Below are positions 26,721 to 38,439 of a stretch of 64,000 nucleotides of DNA, in pieces; position 1 is the first letter of the stretch; each line of letters opens with the position of its first letter. Source of the DNA: Chiloscyllium plagiosum (Eukaryota). The stretch is taken from contig NC_057720.1 in NCBI RefSeq assembly GCF_004010195.1, positions 31,662,831 through 31,726,830 of the forward strand, written 5' to 3'. The position numbers and the translations under genes were made by a program. The notes below the pieces were generated by a model. It did no database searches, was not told the origin of the DNA, and saw only the letters and a program-made list of their open reading frames with translations.

Positions 26721-26915
26721 TACTGAGTGTCAATAATGGAAGGATTGAATGTTTGTGAAGAGGTGTCAATCAAATAGACTACTTTGTCCTGGATGGTGTC
26801 AAGCTTCTTGAGTGCTGTCAGATCTTTATTCATCATGCAAGTGGACAGTATTCTGTCACATTCCTGACGAGTGCCTTGAAGACACAAGGTGGCTAGGCTT
26901 TGAGAGTCAGGAGGC

Positions 26916-26965
26916 CAGATACTCACTATAAGATGCTTAGCAGATACTCACTATAAGATGCTTAG
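26916..26965. repeat. Perfect 25-bp tandem duplication
   Basis: CAGATACTCACTATAAGATGCTTAG x2. Confidence 0.95.
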
Positions 26966-27679
26966 TCTCTAACCTATTCTTATGGTAACACTTCAGCTTC
27001 AGGTCAATGGTTATCCCCTCAGCGTGTTGATAATTGGGGTTTAATGATGATGAAAGTGATGCCACTGAACATCAAGGCCAGAAAATTCGATTCTCTCTTG
27101 TTGGAGATTGCCATTGTCTGGTACTCATGCTGCGTTAAAGCTATTTGACACTTATCAGCCGAAGCCTGGATGTGGTTTAGGCCTTGCTTCATATGGAAAT
27201 GGCTTGGGTCATTATCTGAGGAATCCTGAGTATAACTGAATATTGTGCAGTGAAGGCCCCACTTCTGACTATTTTTAAAATTTGCTCATGGGACGTGGGC
27301 ATATTTTGCCAATGTCAAATTGCCCAGGAGTCAACTACATTGCTGTGGCTCTGGAGTCACATGTAGGCAGACCAATAGCCAAGTTCGGTACCCATGCAAA
27401 TGGCCTCAACCGGGACTTGGGTTCATGTCACACTATAGGTGAAGCATGAAGTGGGGGTCGGATTAGGCTGGTTGGCTTGTGAAGCAGTGTGATGCTAACA
27501 GCATGAGCTCAGTCCCCACACTGGCTGAATTACCATGAAAGACTCCTTCTCAACCTCTTGCCTGAGGTTTAAGATTACTTACAGTGTGGAAACAGGCCCT
27601 TCGGCCCAACAAGTCCACACTGACCTGCTGAAGCGCAACCCACCCAGACCCATTCCCCTACATTTACCCCTTCACCAGT

Positions 27680-28250
27680 CTCGCTACAATTGCAAAAATC
27701 ATTGCTGACACTATACCAGGACTATTATGTACAATTTTGGTTTCTTTACCCGAGAAAACATATATTTACCACAAATGGAGTGCAACAAAGGTTAACCACA
27801 CTGATTCCTGGAGTGACCGGATTATCTTATGAGGAGATACACACTAGGGAGGGCCTGTATTCTGCAGAATTTTAGAGAATGAGAGGTGATTTCATTGAAA
27901 CTTAGAAAATTCTTGTAAAATTATGAAGGAGTGACTGGGTACATGCAGGAAGAATGCTTCCCCTTGCTGGGGTGTCTAGAGTTAGGGGGGACACAGTCTC
28001 AGAATAAAAGTTGGGCCATTTAGGTCCGAAATCAACTTCACGCAGAGGATAGTGAATCTTTGAAATTCTCTGCCCCAGAGGGCTGAGCAAGCCCAGCCTT
28101 CAAGTATACCAGAGGTAAAAATCAATAGATTTCCCAATATTCAAAATATCAAGAAGTATAGGCTGGTGTGGAAAAATAGCATTGAAATAGAAGAGTTGAA
28201 TGACAGAGTAGCTTGAGAGGCATGTGGCTTCTTCTAGCTCCCATGTAAGA
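27680..28250 (+). mobile_element. Old CR1 3' fragment (preceded by SINE pieces 27455-27675)
   Basis: YYVQFW...LSYEE..RGD...RIVNL remnants. Confidence 0.7.
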
Positions 28251-29754
28251 TATCAATAACATGGATTAAAGTTGAGATATTTAATTAATGTTCAAAAGCA
28301 AGAGCATACACCTTTTGGGTAAAATATCATGTCAGATTTCCAGGTCACAATATCTTTTTGCAACATATAGATGAGTTGATGAAAATAAACTCCATTTAAA
28401 AAAAAACACTTGTTATACTGAAGACAGTATGAAAAATATATAACATAGCAAATATAACGGTTTCTGCCCAGTAATGATTTTGTAAATAAAGAAAGAGATA
28501 GACTAAATAAGGTCACAGATAACAGATATTAATCTAATCTACCATTAAATTAACAATATAAAAGGATGTGTTTTTCTTTTACATGATAATAATGCAGTCT
28601 TTCTTTAATTTTGGGCAGTTATATAGTCCTAGTCCAACATATCAAAGTATTAGTCATGTTAATGCCATCATGGCAGACTAGATACAATGAATAACTACTG
28701 CATGAGAACACATCAAAAGGGAGACAGCAGAGACTTGGATGCACACCCCAAAACTTGTGTCCCTCCATCCTAGTTCATGGTTCTTTTACTTAATTGTGAA
28801 AGTAAACAACACATGGAAGGATCCAGACCAAGTTGAAAGTACAGTGGTTTAAATCTTATCTAACCTCAGAAATGATCCAAGTGTTGGTGCTCAAATTGAT
28901 GATATTGATGATAAGGTACCATAGTTTGCCTTCACAAAACCGTTGGACCTGGAAGCTGTGACATCTTAGTTTTACAACTTTGTGGCTGGACACTTGATTA
29001 CGATCAACTGTCCTGACGTCTCAAATGCCGCCACAAACACAAAATAAGCAAGAAATCCCAACTTTTGCATTTTCTTCATTACACAAGTACATTAAAGTAT
29101 TATTAATGATAACTGTAGCATGATATTATATAAAAACATATAAAAGGTTATCAGTTTGTGAAAGCATCAAATGTCACATTGTTCAAAAGTAATAACGTTA
29201 CATGCTAATACAAGGAATTCAGTGTTCCTCAATCACAATACAACTCCCAATAACCTTTCCCACTGCTACTTGAACCAGTTGCTAGGTGGTGATAATTATT
29301 CAGCTTCCCACAACACTATTCTAGGGTGCAAATGTTGGTGTCTGAATGCTGTTAATGTGTCACCAGTTTTGGTATATTTAAAGCACATTCCTAAGGATCT
29401 CAATTGCTAACTTTGTAAATGCATTAACTGGTTTAAGTACTAATGCCAACAGGAAGGAATAAAAAGGCTTCAAGTACCTCCTATCCTGGGATAGGAAGAA
29501 TAAACAACTGGGGGAGTTTTGCTCGTGACTCTTCTAAGAATGCCTTAGGGAAGTCCAGGGGTATTAATTGAAGGCAGGACAGGGCTCAGTTCACTTCAGA
29601 GTTGAATATTTTGCCAATTTCCAAGCAATTTTAACAACGCCAAGAGGATTAAGGAGGGAATTCACTTGGCCATCACATTACCATGACCCTAGCCTGGTGT
29701 TGTGGTTTGGGATCATTCAGTATGTGGAAGTAGAGGCTCCTGTTGGAATTCCTC

Positions 29755-30500
29755 ACTCATTATGAAGGCAATCGTTCAAGCAAATGTTCTCACTAATCTG
29801 CATGTTTTCAGGGCTGGTAGTACCTAATAGATCCTTTGGGTTCATTAGTCGCTGTTTAAGTGTGTTGGTAGGTTTGTGGGCTACCATAATGCCAAGGGTT
29901 CTGAGTTGTCTGGAAGTCATGACTTCCAGATGACTCAGACCCCTTGGCATCATGGTAGCTCACAAACCTGCTAACACACTTAAACAGCGACTCATGAACC
30001 TGAACAATCTATTAAATACTACCAACAAAATTAACGTCATTTACAAGATACCATGCAAGGACTGTAAAAAATACTACATCGGACAAACTAGCAGGAAACT
30101 TGCCACCAGGATGCATGAACACCAATTGGCCTCAAAAAGACACGACCCACTAACACTAGTTTCCATACATACAGACAAAGAAGGACATCATTTTGACTGG
30201 GGCAACATACACATCCTACGACAGGTGAAAGAAAAACACACATGAGAATTCTTAGAGGCATGGCATTCTAATCAGAACTCCATCAGTAAATACATCAATT
30301 TAGATCCTATCTACCTTACCTTGAAAAAAAAAAGAACCGGAAATGACATCACCCACGTTAAGAAGCCAAGACCTATAAACAGAGAGGCAGGACATACCAC
30401 CAGCACTTCACCAGAGACTCTCACTGATGATGTTGCCTAGTATGGTGACGAAACATCTGAAAACAAATATTCAAACTCTGCAAGCTAACTTACATACTTT
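29755..30500 (+). mobile_element. Penelope (Poseidon-like) GIY-YIG 3' fragment with 5' inversion and hammerhead motif
   Basis: NVIYKIPCKDCKKYYIGQTSRKLATRMHEH; head-to-head palindrome centred at 29919/29920. Confidence 0.88.
30421..30460 (+). ncRNA. Minimal hammerhead ribozyme motif
   Basis: UCA-CUGAUGA-U-GUUGCC(UAGUAU)GGUGAC-GAAAC-AUC-UGA; stem I UCA/UGA. Confidence 0.68.
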
Positions 30501-31010
30501 CCTTTTACTTAATGTGAATGATTTTGCACTGGCCTTGTCCTGTGAAACCATGCTGCAGTACATAAGGAAGCAAAGCCCAATTGAAAGAGACATAGGATCC
30601 TGATAGTAAGAGGGCAGCTTGAAAGATCTAATTTGAGCCAAAGGCTAACAAATGTAAGGCTTTGACAACTGAGGAGTGACCCACTACTTGGCCTTGTCCT
30701 TCCAAAGGAAGTTTCCATTACAACCTTAAGGACTGTCAACAACCTGTCATGGCATCCATGGGGGTGCTAGTGGCTTGAGTGAAAAGCTGGTATGTGGCCG
30801 TGCCTCCCTGCTATCATTGTGGATGTAGGATATATAGTTATCATTTTGCAATTGATAGGGAGGCATGGAAGGAGGTCTCATGGACCCAATTTCTTACTGT
30901 TTCAAACAATATTCTGTCCGATATGACTTTGGTATGGCTACTTGGATAATGTACTGAATATTAATGTTCTGTCATTATAACATAAATTCATGAAATATGC
31001 TTGACATATA

Positions 31011-31307
31011 TTAGATTATAGTGTGGAAACAGGCCCTTCGGCCCAACAAGTTCACACTGACCCGCCGAAGCGAAACCCACCCCTACCTCTACATTTACCC
31101 CTTACCTAACACTACAGACAATTTAGCATGGTCAATTCACCTGACCCTGCACATCTTTGGATGGTGGGAGGAAACCGGAGCACCCGGAGGAAACCCACAC
31201 AGACATGGGGAGAACGTGCAAACTCCACACAGTCAGTCACCTGAGGCAGGAATTGAACCCGGGTCTCTGGCATGTGAGGCAGCAGTGCTAACCACTGTGC
31301 CACCATG
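31011..31307 (-). mobile_element. HE1-type V-SINE
   Basis: tRNA A/B boxes (TGGCACAGTGG, GGTTCAATTCC), V-domain and (AATCT) tail. Confidence 0.88.
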
Positions 31308-32129
31308 GATCGGATGGAGGTTCATTCCAAATATCTTGTTGAACTGGTCAAACAGGCAGTTTCACCTGTCAGAAAGTATTGCATGTAAGATTTCAGTTTA
31401 AGAAATGATGACAGCATGAAAAGACAAGACTTTTTTCTCATGGTACTGATTATTAAATTTAAACAATGAGCCACTATAAACATGGTATAGAGTTCTGATC
31501 AAACTGGTGAGCGTCTATTTTAGCCTTAATGTGAGTTGTGTAAATTCAAATTGTGCTCTCTGTTAATTTCAATCAAATGGGCTACAAACTTAGCATTCAC
31601 TCCCAAATACACTCAGTACCCTAGGTGAGTTAGTGTAAAATAGGTTCAAATTCCTAGACTGAACTATTGGTGCCTTCCATAAAGACAGTCCACACTTCCA
31701 ATTGGATTATACTTGACAAACATTCAAAGTTATCAAGAGAATAATAGAACTTGCACCATTTTGGACCACTTCTCTCCCTTGTGACTCTCCTGACTTGTTC
31801 TGGATTTATTTGCTGGAACTTTGATTCTCATTGATGGAAACTGCCAATGGAACTGCAACTTTAATTTTGAACTATGTCTTGGACCTAGGTGAAAACATTG
31901 CTTTAATATCCCGTATGTTAACAAGTAGTTATAATGTTATTGGTATTATCCCAATAGTAGGTCTATATTTTAACCTCAGTAAGGTATCTCTACCACATCA
32001 ATTATTCTGTTTTTATTCTTCATGTAAATGTGCTAAAATACAAGTTCTCAGTCCATCTTCATCATTCTTGCATACTGTCAAATGTTTCACTCTGGCTTTT
32101 GTGAAGTCTTTTATACAAATGATCCCACA

Positions 32130-33355
32130 TCACGAGGTCAAATCGATATTTTCATATTCACCATGGTCAGAATCATCTAATTCAATGTCAGGAACTAGAT
32201 TGTAGTAATTTGCTGTCTTATTCATGTAGAGCCTTTGATGATCTGACTCTTGTAACTCCTCTGTGACGTTCACTAATTCTGGCTCAGCACGGTCTTCCTC
32301 AACTCTATCTTCTTGCACTTTATTATTGGACACATCAACACATGTGACTGAGTCAACAGAAACACTTGGCTTAATTTCCACTTCTTCATACAAATCACGG
32401 TTACTACCCAGCAAGGCTGTTGAGGGACGTAACATAAACTGGTTTCTGCCGAGAATACTGTTTTCATATCCTGTGGGAATGGGAGTTGTCTCTGGAGTCC
32501 TGCAAGTTATATACTGATGATCCCCTGTATTTGAAAAGCCAGATTTCTCAATAGTGCAAATTTGACTGTCTTGTCTCATGGCTTTAAAATCAGACCTTCT
32601 TCTTTTCCAGCAGTAGCAACATAACACCACTGCAAGAATTGCAAGCAATGGCAGGCAAATAAAGAGAGCTGTGAGACCATGGGAACGACAGATATCTGAG
32701 CGATGAATGTCTATGATATTCACACCTTGAGTGTGCTTTGGTGTGTAGCACATAATCATGTTTTCTGATCCACCGATGCTTACATTTTTAGTAACATATT
32801 TTGCTAAATCATCATATAAGGCACATGTACACTCCAAGGTGTTATTGAAAAGAGACAATTTCATGAGGCTTGGTTTCAAGACATTTGAAGGTATAGATTT
32901 TAAGTTGTTGGAATCTAGGTACAGCTCCTGAATTTGGTCTGAATCCTTTAAAAGGTTATCAGGCAACTGTTGAAGATGGTTTTTCTCCAGATGAAGGATC
33001 TTTAAGCTGGGTGCGTTTATGAGGAAGTCCGAAGGTAATTGTTCTAATTGATTATGATCAAGATATAGAGCCTCTAGAGAACTTGGGTTTTCATCCATTT
33101 TGTGAATGTCAGATATGTTACAACTTGAGAGGTCCAGGACCTGGATTCCTGACAAATTTGTGAAGACATTCCATTGAAGGGTACCAATGTAAGAACCAGT
33201 GAAGTTTAAGCAACATTCTTCTCTCACCTGGCTAAATTCAAAAGTCCTGAAATTAACATTGTCATCACATAGGCAGACACCATCTGCAGCCTCTGGACCC
33301 CAAACAACTGCTTGTAGTAGAATCCATTCCTGAAGTAATATCCATAACCTTGGAC
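32130..33355 (-). CDS. Exon 2 (main coding exon) of a single-pass LRR transmembrane protein, LRRC25-like; 410 aa in total with exon 1
   Basis: The 365-aa ORF extends upstream without a stop to a polypyrimidine acceptor (ttcttcttAG|GT, AG at 33357-33356, phase 1), adding G-PRLWILLQEWILLQAVVWG (signal peptide). It contains LxxLxLxxNxL repeats (IQVLDLSSCNI, LEALYLDHNQL, LKILHLEKNHL, IQELYLDSNNL, LMKLSLFNNTL), LRRCT cysteines (ECTC..C..C), TM LTALFICLPLLAILAVVLCCYCW followed by KRRR, and a Tyr-rich tail. CLNF and the tail Tyr pattern recall LRRC25, but orthology is unverified. Confidence 0.92.
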
Positions 33356-33644
33356 CTAAGAAGAACAGATCAGAACATGGTCAAATGACAGGTGTACCAC
33401 AGTGTTAAAAAAAGCCCAGGCATGAGTGGCATACTGTTTGCTGATTTTTTCAAGAACTAGTTTAAGTACACTTGGTAGGTTAATAAAGTATTTTTAATTG
33501 AAATCTAGGCATTGAAAAACCTACCTTATCTTTCCAGAAGGGTTGGCCACCACAGCTCCGCTGCTTAGGCCGATGGTTCAAATAACAGAATATGGCCCAG
33601 TGACACTGTGGAGTCGCATATAGCTTGCAGTAAACATCCTTGTC

Positions 33645-35686
33645 AAATGTCCGTATTACAGAGGAAGAAGTGCTGGATGTCTTGAAATGCATATAAGTAG
33701 ATAAATCCCCAGGATCTGATCAGGTGTACCCTAGAACTCGGTGGGAAGTTAGGGAAGTGATTGCTGGGCCCCTTGCAGTGATATTTGTATCATCGATAGT
33801 CACAGGGGAGGTTCTGGAAGCCTGGAGGTTGGCTAACATGGTAAAATGGTAAGGACAAGCCAGGCAACTAGAGACCAGTGAGCCTGAGGTCATTGATGGG
33901 CACGTTGTTGGAGGGAATCCTGAGGGACAGGGTATACATGTATTTGGAAAGGCAAGGACTGATTAGGGATAGTCAACATGACTTTGTGTATGGGAAATCA
34001 TGTCTCACAATCTTGATTGAGTTTTTTGAAAAGTAACAAAGAGGATTGATGAGGGCGAGAGTTAAGTGTGATCTATATGGACTCCAGTAAGGTGTTCAAC
34101 AAGGTTTCCCATGGGAGACTGGTTAACAAGGTTAGATCTCATGGAATACAGGGAGAACAAGCCATTTGGATACAAAATTGATTCGAAGGTAGAAGAGGGT
34201 GGTGGATAAGGGTTGTTTTTCAGACTGGTGGCCTGTGACCAGTGAAGTGCCGCAAGGATCAGTGCTGGGTCCACTACTTTTCATCATTTATATAAATATT
34301 TTGGAAGTGAGCTTAAGAGATATAGTTAGTAATTTTGCAGATGACACCAAAATTGAAGATGTAGTGGACAGCGAAGAAGTTTATCTCAGATTACAACAGG
34401 ATCTTGGCGGCACGGTGGCACAGTGGTTAGCACTGCTGCCTCACAGCACCAGAGACCTGGGTTCAAATCCCGCCTCAGGCGACTGACTGTGTGGAGTTTG
34501 CACATTCTCCCCGTGTCTGCGTGGGTTTCCTCCAGGTGCTCAGGTTTCCTCCCACAGTCCAAAGATGGGCAGGTCAGGTGAATTGGCCATACTAAATTGC
34601 CTGGTAGTGGAAGGTGAAGGGGCAAGTGTAGGGGTAGGGGTATGGGTGGGTTGCACTTCGGCGGGTCGGTGTGGACTTGTTGGGCCGAAGGGCCTGTTTC
34701 CACACTGTAGGTAATCTAATCTAATCTTGACCAGATGGGCCAGTGGGCTGAGGAGTGTCAGATGAAGTTTAATTTAGATAAATGTGAGGGGCTACATTTT
34801 GGGAAAGCAAATCAGAACAGGACTTATACACTTAATGGTAAAATCCTAGGGAGTGCTGCTGAACAAAGTGAAGATTGGAGTGAAGGTTCATAGCTCCTTG
34901 AAAGTACAGTCTCAAGTAGATAGGATAGTGAAGAAGGTGTTTCCTATGCTTTCATTTATTGGTCAGAGTATTGAGTACAGGAGTTGGGAGGTCATGTTGC
35001 AGCTGGACAGGACATTGGTTAGACCACTGTTGGAATATTGTGTGCAATTCTGCTCTCCTTCCTATTGGAAGGATGTTGGGAAACTCAAAAGGGTTTCGAA
35101 AGGATTTACAAGGATGTTGCCAGGGTTGGAAGATTTGAGCTATAGGGAGAGGTTGAATAGGCGGGGCTGATTTCCCTGGAGTGTGGGAGACTGAGGGGTG
35201 ACGTTATAGAGATATATAAAATCATGAGGGGCATGGATCGGATAAATAGGCAAAGTCTTTTCCCTGGGGTTGGGGAGTCCAGAACTAGAGGGCATAGGTT
35301 AGGGTGAGAGAGGAAAGATATAAAAGAGACTAAGGGGCAACTTTTTCATGCAGAGGATGGTATGTGTATGGAATGTGCTGCCAAAGGAAGTGGTAGAGAC
35401 TAGTACAACTACAACATTTAAAAGGCATCTGGATGGGTATATGAATAGGAAGGATTTAGAGGGATATGGGCCAAGTGCTGGCAGGTGGGACTAGATTGGG
35501 TTGGACTATCTGGTCGGCATGGGCGGGTTGTACGGAAGGTCTTTTGACAAAGGATCAGTTTCACTCGAAACGTCAGCTCTTTTCTCTTCTTACAGATGCT
35601 GCCAGACCTGCTGAGATTTTCCAGCATTTTCTCAATTTGTTTTTACGGAAGGGTCTGTTTCTGTGCTGTACACCTCTATGACTCTA
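33645..35686 (+). mobile_element. HER1-type CR1 ORF2 3' half (intronic, antisense to the gene) with SINE and Penelope inserts
   Basis: RT motifs [12 protein letters not shown] and FADDTKI; tail ctatgactcta; Penelope-type insert at about 35543-35643 with duplicated TACGGAAGG. Confidence 0.9.
34406..34723 (+). mobile_element. HE1-type V-SINE, full length
   Basis: ggcggcacggtggcacagtgg...ggttcaaatcc...(AATCT)n; TSD ATCTT. Confidence 0.92.
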
Positions 35687-35698
35687 GGACCCTATGCT

Positions 35699-35904
35699 TG
35701 TGATGAAGTCAGCCAGGTGGACCTCATAGAATAAGAGTTCCCGGATTGGGACTGTTAACCTGGTCCAATCATGAAAGCCTGGCTGACATAAAAAGGTGGA
35801 GCGTCAGGGATACTGAAATGAGGCAGTACTGTAGTCAAGGACAGTTCATGTATAAATAAACGGTGAGTTAATGACAGGATACCAGCCTCTGTGGAGTTGT
35901 TTCA
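35699..35904 (+). mobile_element. Possible short solo LTR
   Basis: TG...CA ends with CCAAT, TATA-like and AATAAA in order; no clear TSD. Confidence 0.35.
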
Positions 35905-36305
35905 TTGGCCAGCTTTGATTTCAAATTTCAATCAATCAGTTATGTTGGAGTGGGAAAAATGTGAGTAAGTTCCTCATCCCATTTTAACTGCCTAATGCTC
36001 AGCTGCTCCTCCTCTCCTATCATTACCAGTCAGCAGATTTCCCTACTCTTAGCTGGGAAGGGAACTTGCAGATGTTGGTGCTTCATGGGCCTGTTGCCTT
36101 TGTCCATTTAAGTGGTACATATTTGGGAGGTACAGGTGAAGGAACATTGGCAAATGTGATAGGGGCAACATGAAAGCAAGTCTTTCTTGTCTTTTTCCAC
36201 CATTCCTTGCAAAGCAGTTAATAATAAAAAAAGCAGTTTTTTTTAAATTTCAAGGTTTATTAATTCAAATTAACTTCTTTCATTCATAGGTTGACTGAGC
36301 TATCA

Positions 36306-36397
36306 TTCCTTTTGAAGGGCTTTTGCCCAAAACATCGATTTTCCTGCTCCTTGGATGCTGCCTGACCTGCTGTGCTTTTCCAGCACCATTCTAATCT
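36306..36397 (+). mobile_element. Short Penelope-derived insert with degenerate hammerhead
   Basis: TSD TGA(G/A)CTATCA at 36296 and 36398. Confidence 0.72.
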
Positions 36398-38439
36398 TGA
36401 ACTATCACTAGACTATGGAAGAAGAAGCGAATTATGTTAGTCGTTGTACCGTCTCATGGAGCATACATCTGTCCATCAAATATTAGCCTTTCAAACTGTC
36501 CTCACTCATACCAACCCTTTCTATCATTACAATCATTTCTTGATTACTATTGTTCATTTTAAAATTAATTAATATGATACTTTTCACTCTAACTCTATAA
36601 CCGAACCATGTAGTCCAAAGAGCAATGGGAATTCCCTCAAGAGGAGAATTATGCAGCCACAATTTGACATCACGAGAAGGTTTGTATCTATGCAACTGGT
36701 GCTCCTCCAGGTATGCCATATCTTTAATGTGCAGCAACCATCTAACTGGTCACCAGATACATTCCATGCCATTGTTACACTCATCAATCTCCATTGTGTA
36801 TCAGTTCTTGGCCATGCGTGTTTCACTTCTCTACCCTTGTGCTTTGCTGTTCCAGATATTGTCCTGTTTGCTTCTTCCCATGCCTCAGGATTCGCCTGCC
36901 CCCCACCTCCCTTGCAACTCTCTCTCGGACCAGTCTAATTCATCTTCTGATTAATGGCAACTCCTGTAAAATGATTGTACATTGATGGTGTCATTGAAAA
37001 TAAAAGGCAGATGGCTAGATTTTTTAGATTATCCTTATTAATTGCCACAAATGTTACCTGCCACTTGTCAGCTTAAACCTGGATGCTTTCCACGTTCTAT
37101 TGTTATCCAGCATGGACAGCTTCATTATTAGAAAAGGTGTGAATGGGGCTGGACACTGCCTGTGAACAGCTCCACTCCTGACCATATGAGGGGAGGAACT
37201 GGATTGAGGTTGCTTCCCTGAGGGATCTCTGCAGCATTGTCCTGGGAATATGATGATTGCCGTTCACACTTTAGAGTGATCTCAACAACTGGGGAATTCT
37301 CCCATTGAATCCTATTGACTTCAATCTTACACTTGCTGTTGATGGTCATTCTGAAATGATCTAGTGACAGCAACAAAGCCACATTACATTAATTGGTCAT
37401 TTATATTTATACTAATGATTTAGCCAAGAAAATAAAACATACTGGAAAAATAAACCACTGAATGGTATTTCCACACCTAGGTCACTGATTTTACATATTT
37501 TACATAGCAGTTATGCATCGATTAATGTCTTTTGGAGGGTAAATCAGAGTAGAACAATAATTTTTAGCCTCTATATACGCTTAACTGGTTATTTTTCTTT
37601 TGGGTGATGGAGGGGGTGGGAATAGTAGTCAACGTAGGGAGGAAATTAAAATGATGTTTCCACTAGGTCTGGTCGAGTCTGCACACAATGATTCAATTTG
37701 TATAAAATATATTGTTTAGCAACTTTAATGAATATGTCAAATCTTTTGTGTGAGTTCAATTTAATTATAGTATGATAAGGGCCTGACAATAATAGCACAT
37801 TCAGTAAAACCTTCCTTATCTTAACTCAGCTCCCGTTTGGAATTCCATTTGTACTCACGCCCTTTCCTGAGGCCTGGAGCAGTACTGACGTGCATATTTC
37901 CTGTAATAAACTATTAGAAACAATTTGAACATCTCAATAAAGGAAGACACTAATAAAAAAAAATCTTACAACACTGGAGCTAGGAATGTTTAATTGTTTC
38001 AGTGATCTCCAAGTAAAATGTTGTACATGTTACAGTGGAAACTTTCCTAGGCTTACACTGACAGAAATGCACTGTATACACTGTATCATTGACTGCCTAT
38101 GTACCCAAGAAATACCTTTACATTTCTAAATTATTTCACCTTTTTATCATTTTAGCCACTTTTAAGATAGGACAAATACAAAAAAGGGCGGCTAAGTCCC
38201 TCTTTCTAGTTGCCTATGCGAATCGAGTGGATTCACTTTAGTGTGTGAGGTGCTAACAGTAGATTATAAGGAAATGGCAAATGAAATGAAGAAATGTTTT
38301 GCTTTCATCTTCACTAATATAGCATTTCAGTAATAGTTGTGAACAGGAGCTGGAAGGGTGAGAGGAATTTAACATAAGCAAGTCATAAATGATGTGAACT
38401 GAGCAAATCGATGTACCTGTGGGCTGACAAGTCCATAAG

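Noticed and set aside
33225..33227. ORF-track start codon (MREECC...) for the LRR protein
   Set aside because: It is a GTG inside an exon; the frame continues to a splice acceptor and the signal peptide lies upstream.
32130..33355. Toll-like receptor or agnathan-type VLR
   Set aside because: No TIR domain; only about 5 LRRs; a true TM with a long tail rather than a stalk/GPI; no flanking LRR cassettes seen.
33519..33640. Minus-strand donor AAG|GTAGGT at 33524 as an alternative first coding exon
   Set aside because: The phase-1 frame ends in TAA just before the donor, and nearby ATGs hit stops or the wrong phase; at most a non-coding exon.
34406..34480. tRNA genes at SINE heads (also 31240-31307, 52370-52440, 61211-61300)
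   Set aside because: A/B boxes run into SINE body and tail; no cloverleaf acceptor stem or terminator.
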